A stretch of 64,000 bases of DNA from Octopus sinensis (GCF_006345805.1 NC_043013.1:30752001-30816000); one strand, 5' to 3'. Numbered from the stretch's first letter, positions 1-14,135 are shown. A program made the numbers and translations. Notes: generated by a model from the sequence alone, not told the origin.

Positions 1-112
1 CTTCTCGACGACACGACTTCCTGCGTCACAGTATTTGTAACGACCCTCACATACCACTCGTGATGTGGGAGGGGTGTTTCATTATTATTATCCCCATAAT
101 ATCTCCCTTTTT
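1..112 (-). mobile_element. Possible polypurine tract and start of the Gypsy 3' LTR
   Basis: Minus strand 112-102 reads AAAAAGGGAGA followed by TATTA (TGTTA-like), downstream of the integrase remnant. The LTR would run off the window start. Confidence 0.4.
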
Positions 113-199
113 ATGTTTTTTCTCATGGAGTGTAATTTTATTTCTTTTTATTAACAATAAATTTTTCATCAGCTCACCTCCCTTTGTTTTTTAAAATTT

Positions 200-1760
200 T
201 TCATACAGTTAAAAATTTTATATTTTTTAGTTTGGCATCCACTTCCAGGCACTCAGTACATTTTCTTTTTGTTTCGCTTGTGCATCTGGGTTCAATCATC
301 TGTAATGGCGTTGGTACGTGAAAAGTATCAAATAACCATTTCATTGGTTCTTTCATTCTCTTAGGTTTGCTCTCAAAGAATCATTATTTTAGCTGATGTA
401 TGTGTCCCAAGTATACCCATTTTCGTCCTTTTACCAAGTACAGCGTCTTCCTACGCCTTTGGTAATTACGCCGTCTTCCCAATTTTCTTTTCCGTTCTCA
501 TAAGCCCTAAAAAATAAATTTCCGCAAATTTTGAAATATCTTGCTGAATTATCCATTGCAATTTTTCTTGTCTAACTCGATAGTAATTTGTCAAAAAATG
601 ATTTTATTATCCTGGCAAACATAAGCCCCCACTGGTGACATACTTGCGGATGTGTTTGGATTTGGTGTCACTCGGTATACACTTAGGAATTGTTGTAGAG
701 CTACCTCATCCGCCACGTCCTTATTCGACTGCCTATGGCTCTCTTGGACGTATCGATAAAGTGTTCTAGATGGTATGGTGCAGTAGTCACATGTTCTACA
801 GCGAACGTTTTACAAACTTTTAAAACTCAAAATCACAGATTGCCTTCCATTATGAGACACCGTAGTGTACGGGACGTCAAATCTCGAAAACAGCTCATGT
901 AGAAAATTTGTCGTTGTTGAGGAGGTTTGCTTTTTCCACCTACAAATTTCTAGCCATTTAGAGAAATTATATATTACCACTAAGTAGTATGAATAGTTTC
1001 AGGCACCAGCGAAAGCGATGGAACATCTACTTTTATTCAGGTTAATTTCTTATCGTCTGTAATTTTGCTGCTAGAGCACATCCTCTGCAACCTTTCGCTA
1101 AATTTTCAATTATCTAACCATTTGGGCCAGTATACGTAGGTACGCTTTCAATCTTTCATACTCGAAATACCAGGATGTTCAACATAGAATTCCCTTAAAA
1201 TTTTCTTTTGCAGTGTTCTAGGTATGACTACTCTCTATGGAAACATTAGCACACTATCACACATTGAGTATAAACTCACGTCTTGATTTCCTTTCGCGCC
1301 AATCATGGACCTGTCCACAATTTTCTATTTCTTGGCTCGCAATGTTTCAGTATCAGTTTGGACAAACCATCTGCTTGGTCTAATTTCTATGAGGGTAAAT
1401 ATTCTAATTTTAAAGCATAATTCAATAATGTAGTGCCCTTTCGCGGTGGTCTATCAGCTGTGTGTGTTGGTATTCCTTTTTTAGAACATTATATCGAGAG
1501 TAGTGGACGATAATCCGTTTGTTGAAGGAAACTGCATCCATCAATAAATCTATGGAAAATGTTAACACCCAATATAATTGCTAACGCTTCCTTTTCTATT
1601 TGGGTGTATTTTCTTTCTACTGTTAATAAAGATCGTGACGCATATGCTATATCCTTTTCATCCCCACCGTCATATTTGGGTAGAAGTACTGCTCCAACAC
1701 CGTAATCACATGCATCTCTAGCCAATATAATATCCTGCTGCGGATCAAAATACATTAACG
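200..1760 (-). mobile_element. Ty3/Gypsy LTR retrotransposon pol remnant (RNase H plus integrase), decayed
   Basis: ORF 1489-1755 has the Gypsy RNase H pattern ([11 protein letters not shown]...IAYASRSL...YTQIEKEALAII...TDYRPL). Further along the minus strand are integrase Zn-finger remnants HPGI (~1170), YVYWP (~1130) and GCRGC (~1085), then core-like P.T.VSHNG (~860). Frames are broken. Confidence 0.9.
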
Positions 1761-1779
1761 ATATGTTTGGTGTTAAAAT

Positions 1780-1785
<6 letters not shown>

Positions 1786-1877
<92 letters not shown>

Positions 1878-1884
1878 AACATAC

Positions 1885-1976
<92 letters not shown>

Positions 1977-1985
1977 ATATTTATA
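1786..1985. repeat. (AT)n microsatellite
   Basis: Long interrupted AT dinucleotide tract; source of the YIYI pseudo-ORF 1763-2059. Confidence 0.95.
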
Positions 1986-2076
1986 TTATATTGAGGGTAC
2001 TACTATTCGTAGATACCAACACGCTAAGAGGGACCAATGCGATCAAAACTACTAAATAAACAAAAATAAACAATAT

Positions 2077-2124
<48 letters not shown>

Positions 2125-2275
2125 TAGGGGAGAATTCACAAAAAGACCAACAAAAGATGAAGACAGGTGGTGTAGACAACAAACAGATGTATTAGTATAC
2201 CGCCCGTTTCGAGCTTACGATTTTCCACAGAAACGAGCACAGAATGAAACAAGGAGAGAAAATAAAGAATGTGAT
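2125..2275 (-). mobile_element. Short interspersed repeat, family D (second copy at 31040-31190)
   Basis: Shares GGGAGAATTCACAAAA...GGTGTAGACAACAAACA..TGTATTAGT and CGTTTCGAGC with the 31.0 kb copy. Confidence 0.7.
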
Positions 2276-2883
2276 TCGATGAGAATTGATGAAGGGTGCA
2301 GTGAGTAGCAGCAGGTTTTGAATAATATTTCTAACATTTTGTACTGCGGCTAGCCTAATTAATTAAGTTATAATTTTCAAATTACCATTTTGCTGAATCA
2401 ACCACTGGTTCCTATGGTAAATTCTATATATACTGACAAGGTAAATTTAGTTAGACCACCCGAACTAAGCATTAATGACCAGCTTTAATTTTAGTGTGAA
2501 ATTGGCCTAAGAAGCTAATGCCAATCGCTTTCGGTAGTGAGGGTATCTCCCTTGCCAGTAAATAGAACATGAACTTCTGTAGCTAAAGCGTTCTTGAGTT
2601 TTATTTCTAGCAATGCTGGTGTTGCACACTTCGTCACGTTTTAGTGGCGGTGAATCTTATATACGTGTGTGAGTGTGTCTGTACACATATGTATTTGTGC
2701 GTGTGTGTATTCTAACAGTAAATCTCTTAACATAAGTGCAGGTGTAAACATATGTTCTAAACTGATATAAATATGGAACACAACACAGGCAGATATCTCA
2801 CATAAATTGAATTGCTACAGTATGCATTCGACGATTTTCAAGAATTCAGTGGCATAATTACAATTGTCATAAAACTTTCTTAC

Positions 2884-2968
2884 CCATTATCGCCAGCCAC
2901 GTTAAATATATGAAATTACACACTACTACTGTTACCCAATAAGCAAGGTTAACGGAATGAGAAAAATG
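2884..2968 (-). CDS. Candidate internal exon encoding a hydrophobic (TM-like) segment HFSHSVNLAYWVTVVVCNFIYLTWLAIM
   Basis: Acceptor CTCATACCTTGTTAG, donor G|GTAAGA, 85 nt, phase 0 to 1, only one open frame. Phase-compatible with the 3138-3209 exon. No homolog recognised. Confidence 0.4.
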
Positions 2969-3137
2969 CTAACAAGGTATGAGTGAAACCACATCTCCGG
3001 AAACAAAAACAACTTAATATCATATCGTTTACATAAACATCGAAATTGTTCTAATATAACTTAATATAAGTACAAACAGTATCAAGTTAAATATCCAGTA
3101 CGACCATGCCACACATACATAATATAATGTACCTTAC

Positions 3138-3209
3138 GTAAACAGAGTTAAATTTAGTGACAGTCGAGTTTACAATCTCCATTTTATTAAAATGAGCAGG
3201 CATTGAAAT
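3138..3209 (-). CDS. Candidate internal exon ISMPAHFNKMEIVNSTVTKFNSVY
   Basis: Strong acceptor CATTTCCTTCAG, donor TAC|GTAAGG, 72 nt, phase 0 to 0, other two frames stopped. Confidence 0.42.
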
Positions 3210-3247
3210 CTGAAGGAAATGGATGTTATTGCAGAATTGGCATTGAT

Positions 3248-3295
<48 letters not shown>

Positions 3296-4590
3296 TACAT
3301 ATGTGTGTGTGTATAATCGATTGTATATAGCCCAAAATATCCATCGCATATGGTGATAAATGAAGTATAGAGCATCTACTTTAGAATAGCAAATACCATA
3401 TCTTGAATTCCATGCGCAAAATCTTAAATACCAACAGATAGAAATATATCTGAATATGGAATAAACAATGGCTAAGAAAACTGGTTCTGCTTAAACTTAG
3501 CAACTTTATATGAAATTAATACTACAGTGAAATACGAGCTGGAAACACGGGAAGAAATTCGAAGTAAAAATTATATTCGAAAACAGCATATTCACCAGGT
3601 ATTTACTTTATAACTTATTATTAAGCATGCCGTCTTATGTTTATATTCGGACGATATCTCGATATCTCCTGAGTTTTGTCTGTGAATGTCAAGCATAATC
3701 ATTGTACATTCCTCTGCAATGGATAATATGCATTTTCAAGAGCTGCTAAGCAAAAGAGTGGTAATTTCGAATGCCACTTCATCGTTCGACATCTAATTCT
3801 AAATATGCTGACGTTATAATGGGAAATGTTATGGAGACTGTATGTTTATGTGCCAATATTTTATACAACATAACCTTTTTATGCGACGTCTCTCGTCAAT
3901 ACATTACTAGTTTTACTAGGAATTTGCCATTTAGAAAGAAATCCTGCAGATGTGTCTAGTTGCATTTAGGTTGGTTTGAATGTATTTAGAATGTTGCGGA
4001 TGGTTTTTATAATTCTGCTTTATACTATTCTTCATAAAGTTATCACTGCAAAAATATGATTTGGATTAAAGCCAGCTAATTTTCGTGTGGCGTTATTTTG
4101 TATGCGTGTTGATAAAATGTGCTTTTAAGCAAGGTTTCGTTTTTCTTTTCACGTTGGTGCTTTAATGGCCAAAGTATTCCTTCAGTGAAGCATTTTAATA
4201 TCTCGATTAAATAGGGGAATGTGTGTATTGACAAAATGATTAGCACATCAGTAAAAACGATTCCAAGACTTTCAGGGGGTAATCCACCCTTCAACCTCCC
4301 AGGTCAATATAAAGTGTTGTAGCTGAGTTCTGAATTCGATATAATTGGTTACCGATGTAAATCAATCAGTTTGATCTAATGCTCATGTATACATTTAGTC
4401 CCCATATGTTCAAACAGTTGATAAGATTGTGGAGATTTATTCTATAATATTAAGGTGCAATGCAACCATATGTATTTTCTTTTATGTTTACGTAACATGT
4501 TTCACATAATAGTTCTCTTTTGTGACAGGGATCGTTAATATATCTAATAGACTTTTTCACACTCATTCAACTTCGAAGTTGAATTAGGAA

Positions 4591-4990
4591 GGCGGTGAGC
4601 TGGCAGAAACATTAGCACGCCGGATGAAATGCTTAGCGGTATTTCGTCTGCCGCTACGTTCTGAGTTCAAATTCCGCCGAGGTCGCCTTTGCCTTTCATC
4701 CTTTCGGGGTCAATAAATTAAGTACCAGTTGCGCACTGGGGTCGATATAATCGGCTTAATCCGTTTGTCTGTCCTTGTTTGTCCCCTTTGTGTTTAACTC
4801 CCTGTGAGTAGTAAAGAAATAGGTATTTCGTCTGTTTTTACATTCTGAGTTCAAATTCCGCCGAGGTCGACTTTGCCTTTCACTATTTCGGGGTCGATAA
4901 TTTAAGTACCAGCTACGTACTAGATTCAATCTAGTCGACTGGCGCTCCCCCAAAAAATTTTGGGCCTTTTGCCTAGAGTAGAAAAAATAT
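4591..4990 (+). mobile_element. tRNA-derived SINE family A, two tandem units
   Basis: Head GGCGGTGAGCTGGCAGAA, B-box-like GAGTTCAAATTCC and central GGTCGACTTTGCCTTTCATCCTTTCGGGGTCGATAA..AAGTACC. Same sequence recurs at 20.3, 59.5 and 62.3 kb. Confidence 0.88.
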
Positions 4991-5999
4991 CTATTTAGGA
5001 ACGAAATGCTACTTGCATATTATGGCATGTTGCAATTACATGCTAGCTGTGATGTGTACTGATTCAGCTCAAACTAAATAAGGCTACCTTTTCCGGTGCG
5101 CTTAATATTACATGTGATGTTTACAAACTTGAACAAGATGTTGCAATTAAGCCAATCAGTGTCTGGTTTAATTTTACACTTTTTGGCATTTTTTTATTTT
5201 CTTTTTTTATTTATATTATATCTTCTTTTTGAATATACATTGCAGTTAGTTCCTACAATTGTTTATATAAAGATTTTAATAAATTATCAATTTATTCACG
5301 ATGTAATTTCGGATTTCACTTCTAAATATTTAAAGTAATATAGCTTGAGTATAATTAATCTTTAATTCTCTTTTAAGTTTTGTATTACCTATTTTGTCTT
5401 ACGCCTTCGTTTCAGGTGTTGGTTTCAGGTGTCAAAGAAAGAATTTAATATCCGGATGATGGTTCCCAACCCAATTATAAGGTTTTGTAGAATTAAATAA
5501 AATGACTTACAGTAGTTTAAAGACACTGAGGCAACGTTGAATCAAAACAGTGAAGACAGAACATACATTACAGTTTAAGTCTTAGTATTTAAAGGGAAAT
5601 ACAGAAAATGCCATCAAACCTGCATTTAGAAAAATATTATACTGCAACTCTAAATATTCACAGCCAGCTCGATTAGTCATTTTTGATGTAGCGTCGATTT
5701 GTTAGGGATGTCAAAATTTAATCAAACTCAGGATACAATCGATCGAAGTACTAGCTGATTCTCAATGGATTGCAACATCCTTTAAAGATCATTCTCTGTC
5801 AAATAATTCACTAAATTTTGCATTAACGGAATAATTGCAAGCAACTGTTCTCATGCTGTAGTAAGAATGATGAAATGCTAAACTCACAGATATCGAACGA
5901 AGGTCTTCGAAAGACGGAGTTCAGTACGTGGAAAGTTGTAACTAATTACATCTTCGTATATTAGTGTACTAGCATATTAGCGGTATTCATTTTTCTCAC

Positions 6000-6141
6000 A
6001 AATGATTGAATTGATAAACGAAATGGATATTTAGAATCAGAACACCAATATAAGGAACAAAATAGAATTTTATATTCATAGCACCGTATAGTCGTTTTGT
6101 TTTTATTTGCTGCACCTCCAGGACACTCGTCAACATAAACA
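6000..6141 (-). CDS. Candidate internal exon VYVDECPGGAANKNKTTIRCYEYKILFCSLYWCSDSKYPFRLSIQSF
   Basis: Acceptor GTCGTCTTTTTGATAG, donor TTT|GTGAGA, 142 nt, phase 2 to 0, which bridges the 8157 and 3209 candidates. A competing plus-strand exon reading overlaps it. Confidence 0.25.
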
Positions 6142-6780
6142 CTATCAAAAAGACGACTTCCAGTTTAATGTAGAGAACGAGTAAATAAAATGTCATGTAA
6201 ATGTAATTTATTAATTTTCAAATGTTGCTTTCGAAATATGCACACATTATTCCTGAAGCAAGTAATATTGCGTGATTCAGTAATGATGTTTCAGAATAAT
6301 TATATATACACTTATAGATAGATACATACATTTGTGTGTTTGTGTGTGTTTGGGCAATGATTTGTATAAGAAAAGCAGGGAAATTCTATTAACCAGATAA
6401 ATATATAAACAATCTAGCGGATTATTATATTTCTACTACGTTCATACCAACGTTGTGTTTGCGAATCTTGTTATATATTATTTATATTGATTGCATATTT
6501 GCATTTAATTTCCTTTCCGTGTTTTTTCTTCCTTATATACAGTCCTGGTAATCAACATGAATCTTCACTGAGATACCGCTGCAGGTGAAATACATGAAAC
6601 GACATGTCCAGTTAACATTCAATAAATATCAAAAATTACATTGGGTGAGAGAGAGAAAAATAGATGTATCATTAATAAATGTGTAGAATTTAAGTATGCC
6701 TAATGCTAAACAGAATGTACATACATATATTCATATGCAAGCAAAATCAATTCCAAATACGCAAATACACACGCACACGT

Positions 6781-6834
<54 letters not shown>

Positions 6835-8156
6835 ACGCTCGCGCACACATAAAAAAGACACATACGCACACACATACACACACGCATACACGTATCCCCC
6901 ACGCATCCCCACACACTCTTATATTTATATATTTAGACATACACATATATATGAAATAACATATGATATAAATTCCAGATCTATTAGAATGATTTCCACC
7001 TCTAGTGTTTATGTCACAAATGCCAAGTAGCAATGGGAACCAGCTCTAATGGGAAGAGGGAACAGAATTTTAGAGGTGAATAACTATCAAAATTCTACCT
7101 CTCATGAAGGAAAAGTACCATCTTATTATCCGGAGAAAAATGGACAGTCGGGGAGATGTGTTTCCGCCTCATCAACATAACTTTTCTGACTCGTCCCCAG
7201 CTGGCAATGAACGTAGACATATAAAGAGCAGTACACACACGCACAAACAGACACAGACACACACACATTCATATACTATTGCTGACGTCATTAGACTGCG
7301 GTTATTTTCTAGAAACCGACTTAAAGAATTTTAATCTAGCTGAAATTATATTTCGATTTTCGTACTTATTGTAACGGTTTCTTGCTGACCCGTGTTCTAA
7401 CGACTTTTCCAACGTGACAAACAGTGTCTCTGAATTTGGTCCCATTTTTTTGTGCAGCAAAACTATTATCATACATTAATCAAACTAAAATATCACATGG
7501 TTTCGACTATGGGCCTTCAAAGTCTTCGATTAACTGAAGTGATTATTCATTGCATTAAGATCTAAGATACAAAATAATCAATGCTGCCTGAACGCGTAAC
7601 ATAATTTTAATGTTACACCAGGATGATGGTAATAGAATCAAATGTTTCCGTTGCCTCTTTTGAACTACAAATGATGTGTAACAGAATGGATTCAAGACAG
7701 ATTCTGAATTATGACATCAGTGACAACATTGTTTCAATCTACACTCTCCACAGAGAAGCTGAATTCTGATGTAAGGAAACTTCTGAAACATCTCTCTATT
7801 CTTGCAAGGGGCTAGTATAGTTTGTCTTTTACTTTGTTCTAAAATATTTTCTTATAATCTGAACAGATGAGAGAAAATCCATGCGGTGATATATCTCTAA
7901 ATATCAATGGCTAAGAATTTCTGCAATCGGTTAGCTTTGATTTACACACTCTATGACTAATATCTGACATCGTTTTTATAGTTCGTGCTTTGTCACTTGT
8001 GCGGTACATGTCTTCCTGGTATTAAATCATCGTCAATATTTTCTCCCTAAGTTGCACAAACACAAATATTCATCTGCTCCAAATTCTTATCCAGTATTTG
8101 TTTCCTCAAATTCCTTCCTTGTTTCCTTCTAAACACATATGCCAATTTGCCCTTAC

Positions 8157-8323
8157 TCTGATCCCTCACACATAAGGAATACCAAAGATGACCCAAACAT
8201 ATTCCTTTTCATGTATTTTAGGCTCCCACAATTGCTAATCTCGGTTGTTGCAGTATCACACTGCACTGGTTTCTTATAAGTAGTGGTTGTATTTCTCATA
8301 ATTTGAAATTTTTCACGTTTTAT
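8157..8323 (-). CDS. Candidate exon IKREKFQIMRNTTTTYKKPVQCDTATTEISNCGSLKYMKRNMFGSSLVFLMCEGS
   Basis: Acceptor GTTATTCAG, donor GA|GTAAGG, 167 nt open, phase 0 to 2; lies within ORF 8153-8356. Confidence 0.4.
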
Positions 8324-11300
8324 CTGAATAACATTACACTTCCAGTCTAAATACATCTGTCCTTTCTTATATTATTCTTTCTTCGTCGTCAGGTTTATTA
8401 AAAAAAAGCTTGGAACGCCATGAGACACAAACTGCTCCTAATTACGCAATTTTTGGGAGGTCACATTCACAACATATAATCACCTATTATATCTTGGCTT
8501 ACTTGAGACACATCGAAATATGTCACAATGGCTACTAAATATATTAGATATGCACACTTTTGTAAAACTGACATTTCTTCACCTGACATGTTCAGAGGTG
8601 TCTCCTAAGCTTATCCATTAACAATTTGAGCGTTCTTCTCATTAGAGATACGATTTTAAATGAATATCGATTATTTTTGATATACTGCATAAGTATGTTA
8701 TATTATTAAATCTTACACAACCTTTGTTTGCGATAGACATAATATATGGTTATAGTTTACACAGTGATGCAACAAATTAAGTTCAAAAGAGGTTTGTAAT
8801 AAATGGCTAAAATTGTGAGAAGAGAGCCGTAGACAATATCCGTATTTCACATATGTGTAGTTGATTAATTATAGTTGTTAGAATATGAAAACTCATTCGC
8901 TAAATGGTAAAATTATTACAGTTCTAACTTTAAATAATAATGATCATTATCATAAAAATATTTCTTTTACTTGAAGTTACTTGGGCAGTTCATACAGTTG
9001 CAGATGGGTATAAAATAACGACGTTAAATTAAGTATATTATTCAAGGACATGAGGTGCTACTTGGGCCATGGATTGACTACAAATCCGTTACTAGCACAA
9101 GCACTAGCCTTCATGAAAATGTATGTAGGATTTCTTTTCCCATACGTCATTCATTTTTTAAGAACGGTAGTGTCTTCTCTGAGAGACAATCGGTGAAAGT
9201 GGCAGGTTTAGTAACCAGAGAAACTAATTTAATCTGTACTTTGGTAATCATAAAGTTAAAATAGTAGGATTATCTATATTAAAAAAAAAAACGCTGGTTT
9301 TAATGTATTAAGAAAATGATCTCTGTTTCATTTACTATGGCATATGGCATTTACTAAGGCATGTGGCCGTTTTTACAACGACATATTTTCCGCAAATAAT
9401 TTCATCTTGAAACTGGTAATTATCACTCCTCTGTGCTTCATGTAGAAAATAATAATACGTGTTAGTTCACTAACTTGTTTATGATAAACCCCGAAATCTG
9501 AATAAATATTTGTTGGGTTTGTGTCTACAAAAATTAATCTAGAATTTATACATAATTCCACCATGAGATTCGAGAGATTTTAATGATTTGGATACTTGTC
9601 ATTATGCAGAGAAAGAAAGGGAGAAAGAAAGGAATAATTATTATATACAGATGCTGTATCACTTTCGGAAATTTCGATTAAAGAAAATAAATGAAACAAA
9701 TATGCATTAGGTAAGCATTTGCATGGTGAGAAGGTAAAAGAAGGGATGTACGTGAGATATAATGGGAGGGGTATGGGAGATGTTCGATGCAGGAAGATGT
9801 AAATTTTGAGAGAAACCTGTCAAAGTTTGAAACATATACAAGATATTTATGTGGGAAAGTGATGAAAGCAATATGAGAAGAGATTCAAAACGATGGATAT
9901 TGCGAAGTTAATGATTTGATGGAGAAAAGTGCGTTGCTAATAGAAACATACACTTCACAGATTGAATGAGTGGAATGGTGGTGTTGGCTTGAAATTGATA
10001 AGTGAACATAACTATACAGGCACATATGTCTACAAATAAGATTCCTATAAATGAATCAAAGCTTATGATGAGCTGAGTGTAGAACGTGGTTAGAAATGAT
10101 AGATAAAACAGTTAGCAAATCAATAAACATAATATATAGCCATAAACGCAGTGAGATGACGTACATATGTATGGGCAGACGTGAAATTGATAATGCTTAT
10201 AAATAAGCAAAACTATACGCTAAAAGCGCCATTGAGGTTAACATTTGAGAGTGAAAAGCGGCATCCAAAGTTGTGTCATGTATAATAACGGCACTTGCGG
10301 TTTGAGAGGAAAAGCTTTGAGATAAGATATGGTTTGGGAAGGATTCCAACGAACCCCATGTGACTAAAAGTGGACGGAGGCATTTCAATAAAATAAGGAA
10401 CTGTCAAGCTGACAGCAGCAATTGGTTGTGAGCACTTGATTGTAAGCAGTTTACTGTGAGCGATTGGTTGACAGCTTTCAGCCTCGTGTATCTAGCCGTA
10501 TTGCATAGTGTAAATACTCTTCCCCTCGCTTCATTGAATTATATATCCAATACGAGGATGTAAAAGATATTGAAACGTATTTTTGCGGTATTCATAAATA
10601 CCAGCGTAGCAGAACATCATAGATTTTAAGAGTAGTAAGTTACTGACCTCAAACTTTAGAGAAGTGATTTCAGATCACGTTAGCATTTATTACCTGTCTG
10701 CATGCGTCGTTTAGAGAAATCCCAAACCGTGAGCCGTTCGTGCTAAACATAATCAATTGCAGATCCATCAATGTCTCAGGTACATCATTTACGACCGGTG
10801 TAGTCGAATCGTCTCACTCATTGACTATTGAAATGTTGCCGATTAGAGTACTTATTTGGAGAAGGTGCAAATAAGAAAGTTATTGAGGTTAGTAGCACAA
10901 GAAAGTGCAACATTATGTAAAATATTATGAAGAGTCTATTATTATGTATAGTCTTTTTCTATCTAAGCAGGCTTCGAGTATGAAACGTGACAAAAGCAAA
11001 GAATGGATTACTGATGCAGCCGCCACACAGTTTAGAATGGGGGATTGTGCCGCCTAGGTGTGACTATGTAGAGAGACGGCGCTCAAAATATACTGGGTTC
11101 AGTCGAGCTAGAAGAATTAAACAATGCATTATGTTTGACTTGAATACTTACTGCATGAATAACTATCATGAGACTGGTACGGCAGATTTTGTGTGCGGAG
11201 AAAGCAAATATATCTTGAGTAAAATTACGTATTACTTTTTGTAGGTGTTTGGTATTTCGTCTTTCTTTTTAACATTCTCATCACTTTTTTGATTGTTAAC

Positions 11301-13470
11301 GTGATCCGCTACAATCAAATATTTTTCATCCTTCCAATGTTGATTACACAAAGTACATTGAAGAAGTAAGGTTTATATAATCGAGCGTTCCGTCACCAAA
11401 ACTTGATATTGTTAGTTGACTATTAAAGTTGTACACAGAATTAATATAACTATTAGATTACAGAGTCGATTTGTTTGTAATGAAGAAACTGTTGACTATT
11501 AACTTTGGCTATTCACTATTAGCTGACTACTCAATTTAGAAATTGATGTATTTTACGAGAACGTGAGTTCTCTAAGCGTCCAACACCAACGTTGTCAGGA
11601 AATTAATATATCTTAATATCACACTTGCGTATTTTGTAGCAATATAATAACAATTAATGTTCCAATTAATAGTTCTAATATTTCGATAGTAGAAAAAAAA
11701 ACAGAATAAAACATTAGCTATTAATTACCTGTAATAACCACTTCACTAGCCATTTCTTTCCGTAACTATGACACAATGGACTGTTACAACATATCGTCTA
11801 ACGATATTTAATGGCACTACATCACTGAAAAATCTTTTTCTATGATTTTATTTGTCTGGACGAAGTGACATGTGTTTCGTAGCGCTCGCCTCTGCCAGAT
11901 CAATGAGATTTACACAGTTAGCATACAATGGAACAATTGCAGCTCCGTGGTTACATGGAACGAATAAACGAATGATCCACGGCGTTATGAAGTATTCTGT
12001 AAGACAGTTACGTTACATACAACGCATTTTCAATGCATTTCCACTCGTATCATACATCTGCTGTATATGTATTGCTTTTGTTTTTGGTAGCTGCATTTCA
12101 GTAGTTCCGGCAAACAAGACTACGTATAATAAATAACACTGCGTGATATTATTAATCCGCACAGCACCACTAAGTGTTAAATTACTATCACAAATGTAAA
12201 GAATATATACGTAAACTACGAAGTTTCATTTTCCTCGTCCTCCACACTGTAGTTCTGAAATTACAATCAGACTTGCAGAACAGCCAATGTCATATCAAGT
12301 GAGGTTGAGTCCATCAACAGCAATTATTTCCTCCCTTCTTGCTCTCTAGATCATCTTCACCCAATATTTTTCACAAGGATATTTCCCAAATCCCTCTTTA
12401 AATTGCATGTAGTGTTGATATTTGTCGGATCATGTTTTTAAAATATACATCAATTTTCTGAATTTAATGATTTGCAGCTTCAGTTTTAAGAGCATAAACT
12501 TCATTAGGTATAAGTGGAACTGGCCATTCCTTTTTGTGATTATATAATTATAAAATATATTAGTAATTTCATCGCCAACAAGGAAGAAATTATCTCATTT
12601 TTTTTGTTAGTATAATAACGATAATGACCAAACATATTCTTCAAATTTATCCTTAATATTCTATTGTTAACATACAAAAGAATTGATTTTGTCTCGTTCG
12701 TAAAATCTTTCACGTTTATAGGAATTTAGTATGAAATTCTAATCCATGTGAGATGGAAGAGAGATTTGGTCATCAACTGCAAAAATATGAAACATTGATG
12801 TGGCTTTAGATCAGGTTTTAGTCATGCGAAGTTTTTTCGTCATTTTGGTAAGGGAAACATTAAAAAATATATGCAACAAAGATATTTATGTATTTGTGTA
12901 TTTGTGCTTTCTTGTCACTGAATATCACCATGTTATGGAAAGAATAAATAAATATACTTCGGTGAGAGCAATTCCTATATTTTGACTCAGATCAAATACA
13001 AAATAAGAGACTAACATAGCTATATGCTTAAACTAACATACATGAAGGAGGATAAAGAATGATATTAAATCGTATTCCTATGTTTGACGATAGTTCTCTG
13101 AATGAAAGATGAATCGCTATATGTAGTTTATGGCATATGGTTCTTTCATAATTAGCTCTGAGATATGCACCTTCTTATTTTATTACAGGAACGTACAAAG
13201 GTTTTTATATGAAATATATGCTTATACATAAAACAACATGTATCTTTGCTCTTATTCGAATCAAATATACATGTTAGATGCGTTTACAATTGGTAGGCTT
13301 GGGATGAATATTTTCTACTGACGTTTATACTGAAAATTCACTCGGCACGAAACACCAATCATTGGAAATGACATACGCCCGAAATATTTGCATAGAGGGT
13401 TGATATAATCTTTATGGTAATGCACATAATCTAAAGTAATAGGTTAACGTTATACTTACATTCACACGCG

Positions 13471-13499
<29 letters not shown>

Positions 13500-13501
<2 letters not shown>

Positions 13502-14135
13502 CACTTTGATCACTTTGACCGACCAGTCCGTCAGGCGTCCATTTGACACCGCTGGTCACAATACGCTGTCCACTCCTCTCTAGATCGCGCCTTTCTCATC
13601 CACGTGATCCCAATCGTCCTCTTGAAATCGTCACTCCACCTCGTGGAGGTCTTCCGGGTGGTCTTTTCCGCTCACGCGGGTACTACTCGATATCTGCATG
13701 CGTCCACCGATTATCGGTGAGCCGGGCGACGTGTCCAGCCCATCTATACTTGCTGCGAGTATACTCTGCGATGACATCTCTCACGCCGGACTTCTTTCTG
13801 ATGATGTTGTTATTTATGTGATCTCTCAACGAGATACCAAGCATTGACCTTTCCATGGCTCTTTGAGCCGTTATCAGTCTTTGCTCTTCTCGCTTTGTGG
13901 TAGCCCATGTTTCACTACCATATAACATTGCAGGCCGAACTGCACTGTTAATGAGGTTGGTGCGGGTGGTCCTGTCCAACCTTCCCTTGAGCACATCCCT
14001 TATGCCATTGAACGCCTTCCATCCGGCCCTTACTCTCCGTGAGATCTCCTTTTTGCTATCCCGGCACATATTTACTTCCTGTCCCAGGTAGACATATTCT
14101 CTCACCTCCTCTATTTCATCGCTGCCGATCACCAT
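13500..14135 (-). mobile_element. RTE-clade LINE, 5'-truncated 3' end (RT C-terminus)
   Basis: YVYLGQ...EISRRVRAGWKAF...AMLYGSETW...RWAGHVAR...RPPGRPPRRWSDD, ending in a short tandem tail (CAAAGTGAT)2. Confidence 0.93.

Noticed and set aside
6122-7770. Alternative plus-strand exon chain (DTRQHKHYQKDDFQFNVEND / PGNQHESSLRYRCR / MMVIESNVSVASFELQ...AEF*)
   Set aside because: Phase-consistent, but it overlaps the minus-strand candidate, its donors are weaker and no homolog is recognised. It cannot be preferred without RNA data, so it is not listed as a feature.
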